DNA of 64,000 nucleotides from Octopus vulgaris (lineage: Eukaryota). Positions 29,001-42,399 of the stretch are shown in pieces. Position 1 is the stretch's first letter; each line of letters starts with the position of its first letter. Under the pieces are notes generated by a model. The model made no database searches and was not told where the DNA came from. It worked only from the letters and a program-made list of their open reading frames with translations. Both the position numbers and the translations under genes were made by a program. The stretch spans positions 16,740,001 through 16,804,000 of the forward strand of contig OX597818.1 of NCBI GenBank assembly GCA_951406725.2, written 5' to 3'.

Positions 29001-29944
29001 TTAAAGTGAGAAATGAATACTTTTGTACAATGATTGCTTTAACCAAGGATTATATGGGGCTAAACAACTACTACTCAAGCATAGTAACTGATTGGAAAGA
29101 TTCGTAAAAGAATTACTGACAGTTGTCCTCATAAATATTTCATACAGACATATCAAAATATCATGGGTATATTACTCTCATAAACGTAATCAGAATATCA
29201 TAAGAATGTCTTAATCACACAAATCATAATTGAAATATGATATAAACTGCTAATAAACTCAATTACATTGAAATATCATGTAAATCTCTCTCTCCCTCTC
29301 ACCATAATTAAAATATGATACGAATATCAAGTACGCACAAATTATAATTGAACTGAATACTGCACTCATAGATCCTAACTGAAATATCATATAAATATTA
29401 CATGCACACACATACATTACAAATTATAATTTAAATATCATATGAATGTCATAGGCAACAAATTATAATTACAACCTGAATGTCGCACATGAGCACAGCT
29501 GTATAGTTAAGTTCACTTTGCAAAGTGGTGACTTGGCACAGATGTTAGAGTGCCAGTCAAAATGATTCATGGTATTTATTGTAGCACCCTGCATTCTGAG
29601 TTCAAATCCCACAGATGTCGACTTTACCATTCATCTTGTTGGCATCAATAAATTAGTGTAGATAGTGTTGATAGGATATCCATGTAGGATGAAGTGGTGG
29701 TAGAAGTGGAAGGCCGGGAGGGAGGGGATGAGGGGTATGTGGGTGGGGGTTGGGAGGGACAGGAGGTATGATGAGGGTGAGTTTTATATCAGTGTCCTTC
29801 TCCCAGTCTTTGCTCAATCAAAGCTAACTACAAGACAGTGAATTATTTAAATTCAGAGTTACCCTCTCCTAGATAGACTGCCTTCACCATGGCTTGGGTA
29901 AACAAAGGAGCTCCATCCACCTTTTATCTATTTATCCTACAAAA

Positions 29945-32070
29945 AAAAAAAAAAAGATGAGCGACCTGGTGCAGAATTATTAACAAATCCCAAAGATATT
30001 GTTGGGAGATGGAAAGAGCATTTTGATGAGTTGCTCAATAGACCCATTAAAGTTGACCTCTCTTTTCTTGATAATATACTTGAGAGACCAACAGAGGTTC
30101 CAAACCTGGCTGAAATAAAAGCAGCAATTAGGAAATTGAACAATAGAAAGGCCTCCTGTTGATGAACTAGGTGCAGAAATATATATGGTAGTGATCGTCT
30201 CTGTACAATGTTGACAGTTGTGATTCAGAGAGTTTGGCATAGTGAAGAGGTTCCTCCAGATTGGCGTGATACGACTATGGAGATACTATATAAATCAAAA
30301 GGTGGAAAGGATGTCTGTGATAATTATTGCAACATCTGCCTGTTAGCTGTTGCTAGAAAGGTCCTTTCTAGGGTAATGCTGGACAGATTGCTTCTATTTA
30401 TTGCAGAATCACAATGTGGGTTTAGGGATAGTAGGAGTACTATGGATATATTTTCAGCTAGACAGTTGCAAGAAAAGTGCATTGAACAGGATATGATAGA
30501 CTTATAGCAGGTTTTTATTGATCTGTTGAAAGCGTTTGATTCTGTCAATAGAGTTGCACTTTGGGAGATCCTGAAAAAACTAGGATGTCCTGAAAAATTT
30601 TTGAGAATGCTTAGATAGTTTCATGACAAGATGGAAGTGAGAGTTAATGTTAGAGGTACCTTATCAGATCCAATTTCTGTAGAAAATGGTGTAAAACAAG
30701 GTGATATTCGTGCTCCCACATTGTTTGCTATGTATTTTGCAATATAGTCTTTCAAATAACTTTTGAAGATTGCGCTGAAGGAGTTTATATAAGATAAAGG
30801 ACAACAGGAAAACTGTTCAATCTTAAAAGACTCTGTGCCAAAACAAAAGTTATGCATTCTCACCTTATTGAGTTTCTGTATGCAGATGATCTTTCCCAAA
30901 AAGATATGCAGCACATGCTGAAAGCAATTTCTGCAGCATGTGCATCATTGGGTCTAACAATCTGGAAAAAAAAAACTGTTATAATGTACCAGCCTGCTAC
31001 TGCCAAGATTTAGAATCTTTTATAACTGTGAATGGTCAAAGGTTGGAGACAGTGTTTAAATTTATTTATTTAGTAAGTACCTTGAGCACTACTGGTTTTG
31101 ATGATGAAATTTCATATAGAATCAGCAGGGTTAGTAGTGCTGTTGGTAGGCTTGATAGGCGTCTCGAAACGACATATCTTCACAAATTAAAGTTAAGATA
31201 TATAACACTTGCATCCTACCATCTTTACTATATGGGAGTGAGGCATGGTGTATTTACTATAGGCATGTAAGGCAACTGGAACGATACCATCAAAACTTTG
31301 GGGGATAAACTGGAAAATGGCCTTTAGTAATGTGGAGGCGCTTGAGAGGAGTGCAGAATCATGGACTCTATACTTCTACTGCCTAAGACGTTTGAGGTGA
31401 GGTGGGGGGGATCTGTTAGGGATGAGTGATAAGAGACTATCCAAGCAGCTATTGTATGGTGAGCTGGAAGATGGCAGGAGACTAGTGCATAAGCCTAAAC
31501 TGAGGTTTAGGGATTGCCTTAAAAATGCTCTAATACAGACAGGAATTGCAGTTGGTGATTGGGAGCGAGAGACACAAGACTAGGATGGATAGAGAAAGAC
31601 AGTGTATAGTGGTTGTTTGGGGATTGAGAGGGAGAATGTAAAGTACGAGAGAATTAGGAGGGGGTCTTAGAAAGAGGGAGCCTGTGGAGAGTGAGGGAGT
31701 GTTGCTTTTTGTGTGTGTGGTTTGTGGAAGGAAGTGTTTGAGTCATGCAGGCCTGTTCAGCCATCAAAAATTTCACAGGAATCCACCTATGATAAGCAGT
31801 GAGGTGGCTATTTCAATTCACAACAGAACATGTGTAAAATGTGGAAGCCTGTGCCTCTCAGCTGATCGTCTGAAAAGATATGTTAAGAGAGTACATACGG
31901 TGGCACCTGTTTCTCTTGCCAGCTGTGCAGTATGTAATGAAATGTGTGAAACTTTGGCTGTGCTTAAGCCATATAAGGGCATCACATGGATTCAATAATG
32001 AATCATTTCAACATTTCAGTAAGTCTTTTTGGCAATGACTTTTCTTGTGTAACAAGGGTGCAGCTATGAT
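29945..32070 (+). pseudogene. 5'-truncated RTE-clade LINE with disrupted reverse transcriptase and C-terminal C2H2 fingers
   Basis: Motifs WRD..ILYKSKG..CDNY..I.LL, ESQCGFR..RSTMD.IF..RQLQEKC.EQ, FIDL.KAFDSV.R..LW, GVKQG, LYADD, RL.KQLLYGEL, CxxC..H..H; many stops and frameshifts. Confidence 0.92.
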
Positions 32071-32135
32071 ATAGATGTATGTATATACATGTGTGTGTGT
32101 GTGTGTGTATGTGTGTGTATGTATTTTTTCTTTTT

Positions 32136-32510
32136 TCTTTTACTTGTTTCAGTCATTTGACTGCTGCCATGCTGGAGCACCACCTTTAGTCGAGTAAATC
32201 AACCCCAGGACTTGTTTGTTGGAAGCCTAGTACTTATTCTATCGGTTTCTTTTGCAAACCGCTAAGTTACGGGGACATAAACACACCACCATCGCTTGTC
32301 AAGTGATGTTTGGGGGGGGGGGGACAAACACACACACACACATATATACGATGGGCTTCTTTCAGTTTCCGACTACCAAATCCACTCCAAGGCTTTTGTT
32401 GGCCCGAGGATATAGTAGAAGACACTTGCCCAAGGTGTCACACAGTGGGACTGAACCTGGAACCATGTAGTTTGTAAGCAAGCTACTTACCATACAGCCA
32501 CTCCTACGCT
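32136..32510 (-). mobile_element. SINE-A, full length
   Basis: Reverse complement match to the family consensus. Confidence 0.93.
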
Positions 32511-33551
32511 TGATTAGTGATGTTTGTGTTAGAATTATTAGGCATATGATGATTCTAGCTTTTACTACACTCTATAACAGCCAAAAGTATAAACTGCCCA
32601 TGTCTCTCTTGTGAAGGAGTATCCATTTCCTGAATTGTTTGACATACTGCATATTGGCTTGTGTAGGTATTGGAAGACTCTAAAGTATAAAGCTTATATG
32701 TAAGTGTAGTAGATCTAAGCATAGGCCTACATGTGAGTGGGTGTTGTTAGTCTTATATGTAGGTGTGATGGGTTTTGATGCAATGGTTTTCAACTTCTTG
32801 TTTTTAGCAATAAAATTATTCTTGGGATTTAACTGCAACTGGAAGGGAGTCTGATTATGAGGGAGTTGCCATGACCAGCTAACCCGTGGAAAGATGATAG
32901 CAATTGGTTCCTACTAATGTTGTCAAAAATGGTATCATCATCATAATCCTTGTATAATGCCTGTTTCTTCTTAGCTTTTGATCTGTAATAGGAACAAGTA
33001 TATGAATTATTAGTAGGTAAAAGTCACTAAAAGTACATTAGAAATTGGTTTTACTTTCTTTTGATGGTTGCTTAAGTCTCTTTTCTCTCAGTTATTACCT
33101 AGATGAAACAGATTAAGAATATTTATTGTACCACAAGCATTATACGGAAGTTTCTCTTCTCACTTGGGTTTTGTTTGCATAGTGAATAAAATGAAAAATG
33201 AATAAATAAATAAATAAATCATTAAAAAAGAAAAAGTCAATTACACAGCACCAATGGTAAACTATTGGACTCCACCTCATCTCCCTTCCTGCTGCTCTCA
33301 CATAGATTGGTGTTTTGTTTCACTGCCACCACCTCCACCCTCAATATTTACAATCCTTCGACTGTAAACACCTCTGTTTACAATATTCTTGGCTTCAGTC
33401 TTTGGCTTCAGCATATGATGGAACATTCGTGATATTCCACAAGAAGGCGGGTGGCACAGTAAGAGCATTCAGTCACGTTCTAGCAGCAGTGCCTTCTGTT
33501 ATTTCTGATGATTTGTTGTTGTTGTTGTTGTTGTTGTTGTTATAATAATTC

Positions 33552-33592
<41 letters not shown>

Positions 33593-34420
33593 TGCCAGAA
33601 ATAATTCTTAATAGTATACAGCACCAAAGAAAGAAGACAACTGCAATATGCTGGAAGAAACACTATTGTTGTTCTTCTTGTTTCTTTGCTTTTTTTTCCC
33701 CTCCTTATTCTCTTACATCAGCAAGAGAAATGGTAAACATGTTAGTCTTTTGCTTCTCCTCTCTATCTCCTGCTTCTTCCTCCAACATTTACCTTCAACC
33801 AACCAACCCCCTTGTCTTTCTGCTAATGCGCTGTCTTGCCTGTTTATCAAATCAATAGCTTCAACAGCAATGATAAAATAAAAAATAATAAATGAAATAA
33901 AAATAAATTAAAAAAGAGAAGTGACAAAAATGTCTTTTCTTCTGGTGCATTCTGTCCATGTAACTCTGATTGTGTTGTATATTTTCCATATGTTTGAGCA
34001 GTACAACAGGGAAATGCCTGAAACAATGTTCACACTGGAATATGATAATTATTCCTTACATGTAATACAAGGACACAACAGCATTGTAAGAGAGGGCGGC
34101 AGTCACTTAAATCAATGTGTGTGTGTGTGTGTGTGCATGCACACGTGCATGTGTGCATGTGCATGAATTGGTAGAGTCCTTAGAATGTCAGACAGACTGC
34201 TTTACAGTATTCATTCCAATTCTCAGCGCTCTTAGTTCAAATACCACTGAGGTCTACTTAATCTGTAATCCCTTGGTGGTGGTGGTGATGGTAGATGATA
34301 AAGCACCACTCCTGTATTGGGATTGCTTGTTCTCTATCTCTCCTTTCCTTATTTTTCTGTTTTCCATGCTTAAAGAAATCAGCTGTGCTACAACTTATGA
34401 TCAGACCCGGATAAACCAGT

Positions 34421-35168
34421 TTAACCTTTTAGCATTCACATTATTTGTCAAATATAATGGTTATCTATTCACATTGTTTTGAATTAGTCATGCAGTATTC
34501 TGTATCTTTGAGATTTTGATGAGGTAACTGTCAATTCATCATCATCATCATCGTTTAGCGTCTGCTTTCCATGCTAGCATGGGTTGGACAGTTCGACTGG
34601 GGTCTGGGAAGCCAGAAGGCTGCACCAGGCCCAGTCTGATCTGGCAATGTTTTTACGGCTGGATGCCCTTCCTAACGCCAACCACTCTGTGAGTGTAGTG
34701 GGTGCTTTTACGTGCCACCGGCACAGGTGCCAGACGAGGCTGGCGAACGGCCATGATCAGGTGGTGCTTTTTACGTGCCACCGACACGAGGCCAGTCAGG
34801 GCGGCGCTGGCAACGGCTACGTTTGGATGGTTCTCTTACGTACCACCGGCACTGGTATCACAGCTGCAATTTCCATTGATGTTGATCGATTTTGATTTTG
34901 ATTTTGATTTTCACTTGCCTCAACAGGTCTTCATAAGTAGAGTTTTGTGTCCCAAGAAGGAAAGGTATGCATAAGTGGACTGGCTACATCCGAGGTAGAG
35001 GCCACGGGTTATGGTCTCACTTGTCCTGCCGGGTCTTCTCACACACAGCATACTTCTTAGAATTATATTGTAAGGTTGTTGTGAGAAGCCAGACCTGACC
35101 AGTTTGTGCATTAAAACAGATAGAATATTTGGGCTGGATATGACTGATTTAAATGTTTAAAGAGTTAA
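34421..35168. mobile_element. piggyBac-type MITE split by an RTE insertion
   Basis: TTAACCTTTTAGCATTC at 34421 and TTTAAAGAGTTAA ending at 35168. The two flanks join to give the reverse complement of 11725-11951. Confidence 0.75.
34537..35056 (-). mobile_element. RTE LINE 3' UTR, 5' truncated
   Basis: (ATG)n tail and GGATGCCCTTCCTAACGCCAACC motif; colinear with 52900-53347. Confidence 0.88.
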
Positions 35169-35509
35169 AGTACCCAAAGTAAGCTACATCCATGACAGCA
35201 CTATGGCTCCATCAGGTGTTCAAAAACCCAAAGCATGTCTGTGCAGTTGACAAATTCACTCTCAACCACATGGATTTAGCGTTCAGTTCCATTGTGTGGC
35301 ATCTTGGGTGTTTTCTGCAGTAACCATTGCCTGACCAATGGTTCTGAGTAGATTTGGTTGGTGGAAACCACCACGTTTTTGATCACAGATTTCATCAGTT
35401 TGGTTGTACTTGAAGGTAAACAACATGGTATGACCTATATGAACAGAGAGAAAATAGCCAGAGATGACAAGTGTTAGGTTGTAGTTTTATACAAATTTGT
35501 CTCCTAACT

Positions 35510-35583
<74 letters not shown>

Positions 35584-36341
35584 AAAGAAAATAAATTAGC
35601 AAAACATAGCTCTTTGGTTTGGAGCTGACAAAGATTGAAATAAGCCATAACACATGAGAACAAAATATCTATATGGGTGTGAAAGCACTCACAAACATAC
35701 TCATGTGACCAAAGTATTTTATTAAAAATATATTTGGCATGTATATTTAATCAATTTTTAAATTAAGTGCTACTAAATGCAGTAACACATGCACATAAAC
35801 TCATACACTCATACACACTCACATTTTTATAACAAGTAAGATATACCCGCTACATAGTGTAAATTATAATTATATTTATTTGGCTGAAGCCATATGCTGT
35901 TAGGCCTTATATTTACATGATGATTCAGACGGCTGCAAATGTGGCCGCTTGAATGATCATATAAACATGAAACTGAAGTAACAGCATGTGGCTTCAACCA
36001 AGATGTATGTATGTATGTATATATGTATGTATACACACATGTACACATGCCCAATCCCAATATAAAAACACTAAGCAATTTACTGAGGAGGTAAATAATT
36101 AGCTAATGAGACAACTTAGTACTGGCCTTCATCACTGACCTTATCTAATATGATATGTGCTTCTAATTAGCAATTCAACACTAAAATCTTTTTACCACTA
36201 CACTATTAACAATTCACATTAAGCTTTAGTTATAAGTTACACTTCCTGTGCCAAAAACAACAGAGAATATCAATTATGATGGACATAGACATTAAAAATT
36301 ATCTGGCATCATCATCATAATCACATATATATATTTTTTAA

Positions 36342-36556
36342 GGTAGGAAGCTGGCAGAATCAGCAACACACGAGACAAAAATCTTTAGTGGCATTTGGTC
36401 CACTTTATGTTCTGAGTTCAAATTCTGTCATGGTTGACTTTGCCTTTCATCATTTCGGGATTGATAAAATAAGAACTAGTCAAGAATTAGGATCAATGTA
36501 ATTGGCTAGCCCCCTCTCTTAAAGTTTCAGGCCCTGTGCCTGTAGTAGGAAGCGTT
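36342..36556 (+). mobile_element. SINE family B
   Basis: GCTGGCAGAAT head, TTCTGAGTTCAAATTC, TTTGCCTTTCATC body. Confidence 0.85.
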
Positions 36557-38608
36557 ATTATTATTGAGTTAGAGAGCTGCACACACTATCAAAGTGACAC
36601 TGAGCTACTAATATAAGAAGCCCAAATATACAAATATACCTGTCATAATTATCTGTTTGATAAGGGTACACCAATCACATGCATCATAACCATATGTGTG
36701 CAAGTAAACACTAGAAGAAAATGGAGTTAGTGACATTTAAAGAAAAAAATAATTAGGGTTAGGGTTAGTTAGAATTTTCTTCAGGTTGAGTAGCCCATCT
36801 CTCTCAAAAGGTCCCTGTCTAAGAGTTAAGGTTGATGAAACACCCATGTTTCCAGGGGTGAACTATTCAATCCCAGAAGAATCCCTCTCAAGACATGGCT
36901 GTGATACTCCTCTCAACTACACCTGCTCATGATCAGAGATACACAAATCTCTGGTATTGAGCAGAATATTTGCTGTAATCCATCTTTTATACCAAAACAA
37001 AATATGTTAACACTTCCAATCAATTAAGATCAGAAGCCTTAGAATCCACTGCCTAGTATTGCATCAGGGCATTTATTTGAATGCACAAGTAGAGTATTAG
37101 GGCCTGATATGGCTAGTTTAAATGCCAAAGGGTTAAACCTTTATTGGAGATACAAAACTCATGAATTAGTGACATAACCGCAGACTTAGAGAATAAGGCT
37201 TCACTCACCTGAAAAAAATTTTGGAATTACAAGATAAAGTACTATCAACTATCAGTGTATTGAATATGTACAGTTTACCAGTCTAAGCAGCAGACCCACC
37301 CACTGTAAGATTAACAAGTGTTTCACTAGTTTGCAGTGCTGAGATGAACTTTTCTTTTGGGTGCATCTTCAAATATGTAGATGGATCCTGCTATGTTGAT
37401 TTATCCTCTGTGAAGATAGAATCTTCAAAGTAGTACACCTTTTATTACAATGGCTTGGCAGGCTCACTTCAAGTTGACAAACAAGTTGTTTCTTCTGTAA
37501 CCATTCCCCTGCTCTTAATTTTTAATAATTAGCTTCATTACCTTGTAATTAATTTGTAATTCTTAAATAATTACCGAATGGATAGCTCTATAAACATTAC
37601 TTACTGATTGATGGATTTAATACTCTTGATATTGATGTAAAATGTTGATGATGATGGTGGTGGTTGTGGCAGTTGTAGGTCATGAATATTTATGATGTCA
37701 TCTGGTGTTTGATGTGCGTCAAGTACATCAGTTACCAGATGGCAATGTTGTGTGCTTTTATATAGTATTTAGCTGTGATTATTTCAAGTCTTTGCTTGTG
37801 GTAACAGTGAGTGAGAATATAAATAGTTGACTACCCAACACAGTGATTGAACCCAGAAGTGCATTTGATGTTGCAATTGCTTTTTTTTTAATCTTGAGGT
37901 TTTTTTTTTTCATTTTGAAATTTCACCAATAAAAAAACAATGCTTAAGCTTCACTGAATCTGCCATATAGGATATTATTTAACACAAGTCTTTCATTTTT
38001 TTCTGTAAAGCCCAACATACTGAGCTGATTTCATCACTGTTTCATGTCTTTATCTCCTCCTTTAGCTATTTTCCGTGAAGAACGTTACAACACTTTCTGC
38101 TCATTACATGTAGGTGTCAGCACAGTTACCTCTTCTTCATATGCCATTGACACCTTTAGTACCTAGCAAATCTCGCATCTCACCTGAACTCCATTTTTTC
38201 CATAGAGGTTATCATGATACAGCTAAAAGGTTATATTCACTAACTTTTTCTCCAGCCTCTACAGACCTTCCACAGCCACTGCTATCCCACTTCTACATCA
38301 TATCACACATAAACATACTTGACTACTATCCCTTCACAAAGAGAGTTAAAAAAAAAAACCTTTCTAAACTTCTTCTGTCCCTTTGATTCTCTAGTTGTCA
38401 TTACAATTACCCAAACCCAGACCTGAATATATCAGATGAAGGAATCAAAACTATCAACTAAGTCTACAGATCCACTAGGGATGATGTTATATTTGTAAAC
38501 TCGGTTGTACATGTTTGAGAATTAAAAACATTCTCTGTTGATTTTACAATAAAAAGACAAACTTTGTAAAAAAACAAAATTTCTTATACCTGTTTTATTT
38601 CATTTCAG

Positions 38609-38721
38609 ATTACAGTGAAGAGCAGAACATTTCTGCGAATCTGGGGCTGTTTGTTTTCCCTTGGGTTACATGTGAATAATGCTGTTTTTACTTTTGCTTT
38701 TGCCCTTCATAGAATCTAAAG
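38609..38721 (+). other. Candidate spliced exon (113-nt non-coding exon, or 9-nt microexon 38713-38721)
   Basis: Acceptor tgttttatttcatttcAG at 38608, second acceptor ttttgcttttgcccttcatAG at 38712, donor AAG|GTAAGC at 38721/38722. The long form has stops in all three frames. Confidence 0.4.
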
Positions 38722-39899
38722 GTAAGCTATTTCCATTTTTATTACATACTTCTATAAGTACCTGCTACTTTCCCCTAAAATTCTTGGCTGTGTACCTTCT
38801 CTTTCCTTATTTTTTCTTACTTTCAACTTCTATATTTCTCTACAGTTAACTACCTACTCTTATTTCCTCACTAATTACTAAGCTCACACGCTTCAAACTG
38901 TCAGTAATCATGCAAACCCCAGAAGTCCCTGACTTTCTAAGGTTTAAAACTCTATGAATACTGCCCCTTCTCCGTAAGCTAACAAGGGATTAAATGGCTG
39001 ATGTAGATAAGATATTGAGACAGTGGATTATGGACCCTGAAGTCTTGCAACAATTGAGTCAGACTCTTAAATATTTTGCGACTATATTTTTTATGGAATA
39101 CACTTCCATTTAATTTCAAAATAATTAACAAATTTGAGTTGTTCATTAAAAATGACTTCATTATTAACTCTTTAGCATTTAAACAGGCAATATATATTTT
39201 CTGCAGAGTCATAGATATTATCAAAAAGCTCTTGCATAAAATTGAAACCTCTTTTACTTCATTTTTATTTTTGAAATAATCTACAGTGTATGTGTGTAGG
39301 CATGTGTGTTGACTCCCTGCCACTAAGACTCCTATCTGGATTCCACATGGTGATGTATGGTAACTGAGCTTTTCACAGATCCAACCTGATTTGGCAAGCA
39401 ATCTCAAAGCTATAGTATTTCCCAAATATAGTATTCAGGCCTGCCCTAATGGGTACATCCTTGTATTTATCAACTACTGCTTGGTTGCCTTGTTTGTAAA
39501 TCCTGGGAAGAAAAGTTTTGGGGAATATATTCTGAAAGAATGTAGAAACCAGCTTTTTGACCCTTTAGTGTTCAGATTAATCTGTCAAATGTGATGCTAA
39601 TTTGTTCACGTTATTTTGAATTATTCAGGTTCAAGAAGGGTGTCCACAATATTTGCTTGTAACTTTGTTAATATTTTACATACAGATTTGAAATTTTGTC
39701 AGTGGGTTCAAGATAAGACACATTAATTTGAATTAATTAAAATACAAGTATAATTGGTACATGATTTTATTCTGTCTCTATGTTTCATTCAAACATTTTC
39801 ATTGAAAATAAAGTACAAAACTCTTACTAGTCAATATACCATTGGCTATGTACTATTATACAATTTAATGGATACATTTACGTAACAGAATGCATCTAA

Positions 39900-41105
39900 T
39901 AAAAACAAAAACAACTCATTAACAGGTGAGGCAAAAGTGAATACAGGTGTGTAGCATACTGAAAATTAATGTATTTGTCACTTTCACTTATTATTTATAA
40001 TAAAATGAAAGAAATATATGACAGTATTACTATCAAACAACAAAATATAGTTATGTCATATTTCTATCATGAAACCTTTACACTAGGGTAAAACGAACAC
40101 ATATATGAGGTCTCAACCTGATATCCTTTTGCAGTGAACACAGCCTGCAAACTTATTTCCCTTCATTCATTTTTTCCACCTAATGGAGGTTAATATTTTC
40201 TCTGACACCCACCTCAGTTAATTTTGCTTTCCTCCCAGTTCTGCACTTTCTGGAAGAAAAGCCCTCACATAACTGAGATGTGATGTCAACCTGAAATTTC
40301 AAATGGTTGTCGTCCTTTGGTGGCAGAGGTACTTTGTGGCTTTTTACATAAACAATATATCAAGTAACTATAGTTAGACATAATGCTGGAGGTATATGGA
40401 TCACCATACTTCATATCAGGATTCCAGTAGTTCCACAGTTGAGGAAACTGCTTGATGCCAAACATGATGTTTATAGTAAAAAAAGCTTGCATTTCCGCAG
40501 TATCAGTTGGCTGCCATAGTAGACCAGGTCTCCCATGAATAGGATTATGCATTGAGGATATTTCTTTCCTCCATGACATTTTCAAAAATCCTTTTCGGTA
40601 AAAATAACTAGTCCAGTGGTTGAGCATTGAGAGGTAGACTGTACTGTGGACTAGTCTTTTCTGTGAAATCAGGAATTATGGTTGATGTAGTAATCTTCAA
40701 CCATGTTGCCATAATGTTTGCAATATCATTTTCATCATTTTCATTATCAAAATCTTTCTTGTCTGACAAAGATTCATAAACATCAATATGACTCGTCCAA
40801 AGACAAATCACTGGTTTTGTTTATATTTCGTACATCATCAAGAGTAAAACCTTCAAAGTCAGAATCGCTACTTGCTAACGCCATATCGTTAAAAACTAAG
40901 ATATACAACTTCTCTTCAAATGTTGAAAAAAACCAAGAAGCCTCAAAAATTTCACAGTATTTTTATTTGAATAAAGGCAGGAAAGGCTTTCTCACATTAT
41001 CTCAAAGCTACGAAAATTCAATAATGGGATTTGTTTACTTTTTTAGTGATTTCGTAGAGGAATCAGATACGGCCGGATTTGGCCAGTTCAAACAAAGGGG
41101 GTTAA
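39900..41105 (-). mobile_element. Decayed, internally deleted piggyBac transposon
   Basis: Terminus TTAA-CCCCC at 41105. ATG at 40884 gives MALASSDSDFEGFTLDD. PGBD motif WQPTDTAEMQAFFTINIMFGIKQFPQLWNYW..IMS; Cys-rich remnant near 40100-40160. Distal end uncertain (possible termini at 39557 or 39164). Confidence 0.82.
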
Positions 41106-41716
41106 TTTTTGGCTGGTCTAAATACTAAAGGTCATTTCTTACAAACTAGATCTCGAGCAACTTTCTGCAGCTAGGAAGAGGTATTAGTTAGTTGTCTTAG
41201 GTCTTCTTGCCATTGAATCCATCTTTTTTTTTTTACAATAAAGATAGTAATGTTGGGAAATGCACTGCCTCTACAAAACTTCAATGCACAAATATTGTTC
41301 TTGCAATGTACATTTTAGATCTCTATAAGTTTGCCAGAGATGGACAGTCTGGTAACAGGAGAAGGTCTGAATGTGCTGGTAGCTGCTCTTAAGAGACTAC
41401 GGAGTGACCAAAGCAAACCTTTCTAAGAATTGCACAGTTTACCCCAACTAGGGAAAGGCCTAGAAAATGTGGCCTAAAAATCATCCATTCATCTCAGTTC
41501 CTACACAGGAAACTGCACCTGTTGAGGCATTCCACAAAGTAATTAGAAAAATGTGTGTACATGTCATTATCATCATTGTTTAATGTCTGCCTTCCATGCT
41601 ATCTTTCAAAGCAATTGCTTACCACACCTCTTTGTCTTATTCATATCTCTTTTTCTTTCTCTCTCCCTCCCCACTCTCTCTGGTGATAAATTTGTCATGA
41701 TTATATTAAGTCAGTG

Positions 41717-42398
41717 TATTGGTAGAATTGATTATGTTGAACAAATGCCATGTAGCATTTATTTTAGATCTTTGCACTCTGAGTTCAAATCCCACTGAAG
41801 TCAGCCTTGCCTTTCATCCTTCCAGGGTCAATGAAATTAAGACTCAGTTGAGTATTGATGTTGATTTAATTCACCAACCTTCCCTCCCTTCAAATCAGTG
41901 GTTTTGTATCAATGCTAGAAATACTCTTACAATTAAACCAACCCAATAGGTTGCCTTAATTGACTGTAATCCCTGCATCACAAACTGTGCTAGAAAAAAA
42001 TTTATGTTAGAAATCCTAATTTTAATTATTGACCTCATTGAAGTTCTGTGTTCAAATTTTGGCCTTTCATCTTTTCAGGGTCAATAAAATTAAGTATCAA
42101 TCACATAGTAGGGACAATATAATCGACTATTTTTTACTACCACATTTCAGGCCATGTAACTTTTGTAGAAAGGATTATTATTATTATGGTGGCAAGCTGG
42201 CAGAATTGTTAGCACACTGGGTGAAATATTCAGTGGTATTTTGACTGCTGCGTTCTGAGTTTAAATTCTGCCAAGGTCAACTTTACTTTTCATCCTTTCG
42301 GAGGTCGATAAAATAAGTACCAGTTAAACGCTGGGGTCAATGTAATCAACTCATCCCCTCCCGCCAAATTTCTGCCCTTGTGGCAAAATTTGAAACCA
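41717..42398 (+). mobile_element. Tandem cluster of three SINE-B copies
   Basis: Copies at about 41717-41930, 42040-42180 and 42187-42398, the last two joined by (ATT)n. Confidence 0.8.
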
Positions 42399-42399
42399 A

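Noticed and set aside
36752-36768. TTAGGGTTAGGGTTAG telomere-like motif
   Set aside because: Fewer than three units inside an unclassified repeat; too short to call an interstitial telomere.
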